Below, one piece after another: positions 63,143 through 64,000 of a stretch of 64,000 nucleotides of DNA. Every line of letters begins with the position of its first letter. Positions within the stretch are counted from its first letter, which is position 1. The DNA is taken from NCBI RefSeq assembly GCF_029948125.1, contig NZ_JASAMB010000002.1, positions 262,479 to 326,478 on the forward strand. Direction: 5' to 3'. Source of the DNA: Catellatospora sp. KI3. Its GTDB lineage: Bacteria > Actinomycetota > Actinomycetes > Mycobacteriales > Micromonosporaceae. The position numbers and the translations under genes were made by a program. A model generated the notes under the pieces. The model had not been told where the DNA came from, did not search any database, and saw only the letters and a list, made by a program, of their open reading frames with translations.

Positions 63143-63994
63143 TCAGGCGGTGTGGCGGGGGCGGGTGGCCAGGGCGAGGACGGCCCACCCGGCGGCCAGG
63201 ACGAGGCCGCCCCAGACGAAGGCCGGGTAGTCGATCGGCGGGGCGCCGATGAAGAAGTCCTGCAGCCAGGCCGCGCCCGCCAGCGACGCGGTGGCCAGCG
63301 CCGCGCCGAACACGGCGACCAGCAGCGCGCGGCCGGTGCCCGGGGCGGTGGCCGGGCGGGCGGTCACCACGCCGTCCAGTGGGGTGACGACCGGGGCGGC
63401 GGTGGTGGGCAGGGCCAGGAACACCACGTCGATGGCGATCGCGCCCGCGAGCAGCAGCAGCGGCGGGATCGACTTCGGGAAGCCGGTGCCGGCCAGCAGC
63501 ATCCAGGCGAACAGGCGGTAGCCGAGGTAGCCTGCGGCGATGGCGGTCGCGGTCCAGCGGGCGCCGACGAACAGCCGGGCCGCGACCAGGGTCAGCAGCG
63601 CCGCCCCGGCCAGCCAGGACGGGTACACCCAGGAGTCGACCGGCAGCGCGAAGCCCTGCACGGCGATGTGGTCGACGGCGCGCCCGATCTGGCCCGCCGC
63701 GAACTCGAGCAGGCTCGGCTCGGCGGTCGGCGTGCCCGCTTCCCAGGACTGCAGCGACAGCACGCCGTACTCCTGGTGCTGGTTCGGGAACAGGACGTTC
63801 TCCAGGAAGAAGCCCCAGAGCACGGCGCTGACGACGATGCGCGCGCGGCTGGGAGGGGTGGAGATCCAGTAGCCGCGGGCGGCGCCGAGCAGCATGAACG
63901 CCGTGCCGATGTACAGCAGCGCGTGGCTGGCGCTCCAGGCGGTGATGTCCAGGCCGTTGATGCGGTGGTTGAGGATGTCGATGGGGATGGCCAC
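63143..63994 (-). CDS. Hypothetical polytopic membrane protein (probably truncated by window edge)
   Basis: Hydrophobic ORF with at least 7 predicted helices. No motifs. The first Met is at 63994, only 6 nt from the window end, so the N-terminus may lie outside the window. Confidence 0.35.
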   Translation of the reverse strand: MAIPIDILNHRINGLDITAWSASHALLYIGTAFMLLGAARGYWISTPPSRARIVVSAVLWGFFLENVLFPNQHQEYGVLSLQSWEAGTPTAEPSLLEFAAGQIGRAVDHIAVQGFALPVDSWVYPSWLAGAALLTLVAARLFVGARWTATAIAAGYLGYRLFAWMLLAGTGFPKSIPPLLLLAGAIAIDVVFLALPTTAAPVVTPLDGVVTARPATAPGTGRALLVAVFGAALATASLAGAAWLQDFFIGAPPIDYPAFVWGGLVLAAGWAVLALATRPRHTA

Positions 63995-64000
63995 CAGGAA

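Overview
This is a high-GC (about 70%+) actinobacterial chromosomal segment. Gene order in the first 21 kb matches the mycobacterial uvrD1 neighbourhood: peptide ABC transporter, chorismate mutase, uvrD1/pcrA, M23 peptidases, sucCD, proline-rich membrane proteins flanking perM, purN-purH. The middle carries a second complete Opp/Dpp-type peptide ABC operon (oppA-F) and central-metabolism genes (folD, mdh, ung, icd, galT). The most system-like content is a roughly 17 kb accessory cluster at about 38.7-55.6 kb for a Wzx/Wzy/Wzc-type surface polysaccharide. It carries two P-loop sulfotransferases, an APS kinase with an N-terminal ATP-sulfurylase-like domain, a SAM methyltransferase, a kinase-like phosphotransferase and two GH26-like hydrolases. 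One of those hydrolases is a giant secreted protein with a repetitive Pro/Glu/Ser linker of about 300 aa. The window ends with ppc, mfd and ogt. Noncoding features: two families of dispersed palindromic repeats (family A in 4 copies, family B in 3 copies). A roughly 1 kb structured intergenic region holds a 9-bp tandem array and a duplicated hairpin module. A perfect 27-bp palindrome lies in a divergent promoter region. Several strong rho-independent terminator hairpins are present. No rRNA, tRNA or CRISPR array could be supported. Many long ORFs in the six-frame track are antisense or frame-fusion artefacts typical of high-GC DNA. Two of my hand counts of individual bases came out one off the ORF-track frame arithmetic (the Mfd stop and the flotillin start), so hand-derived start/stop positions may be off by 1 nt.
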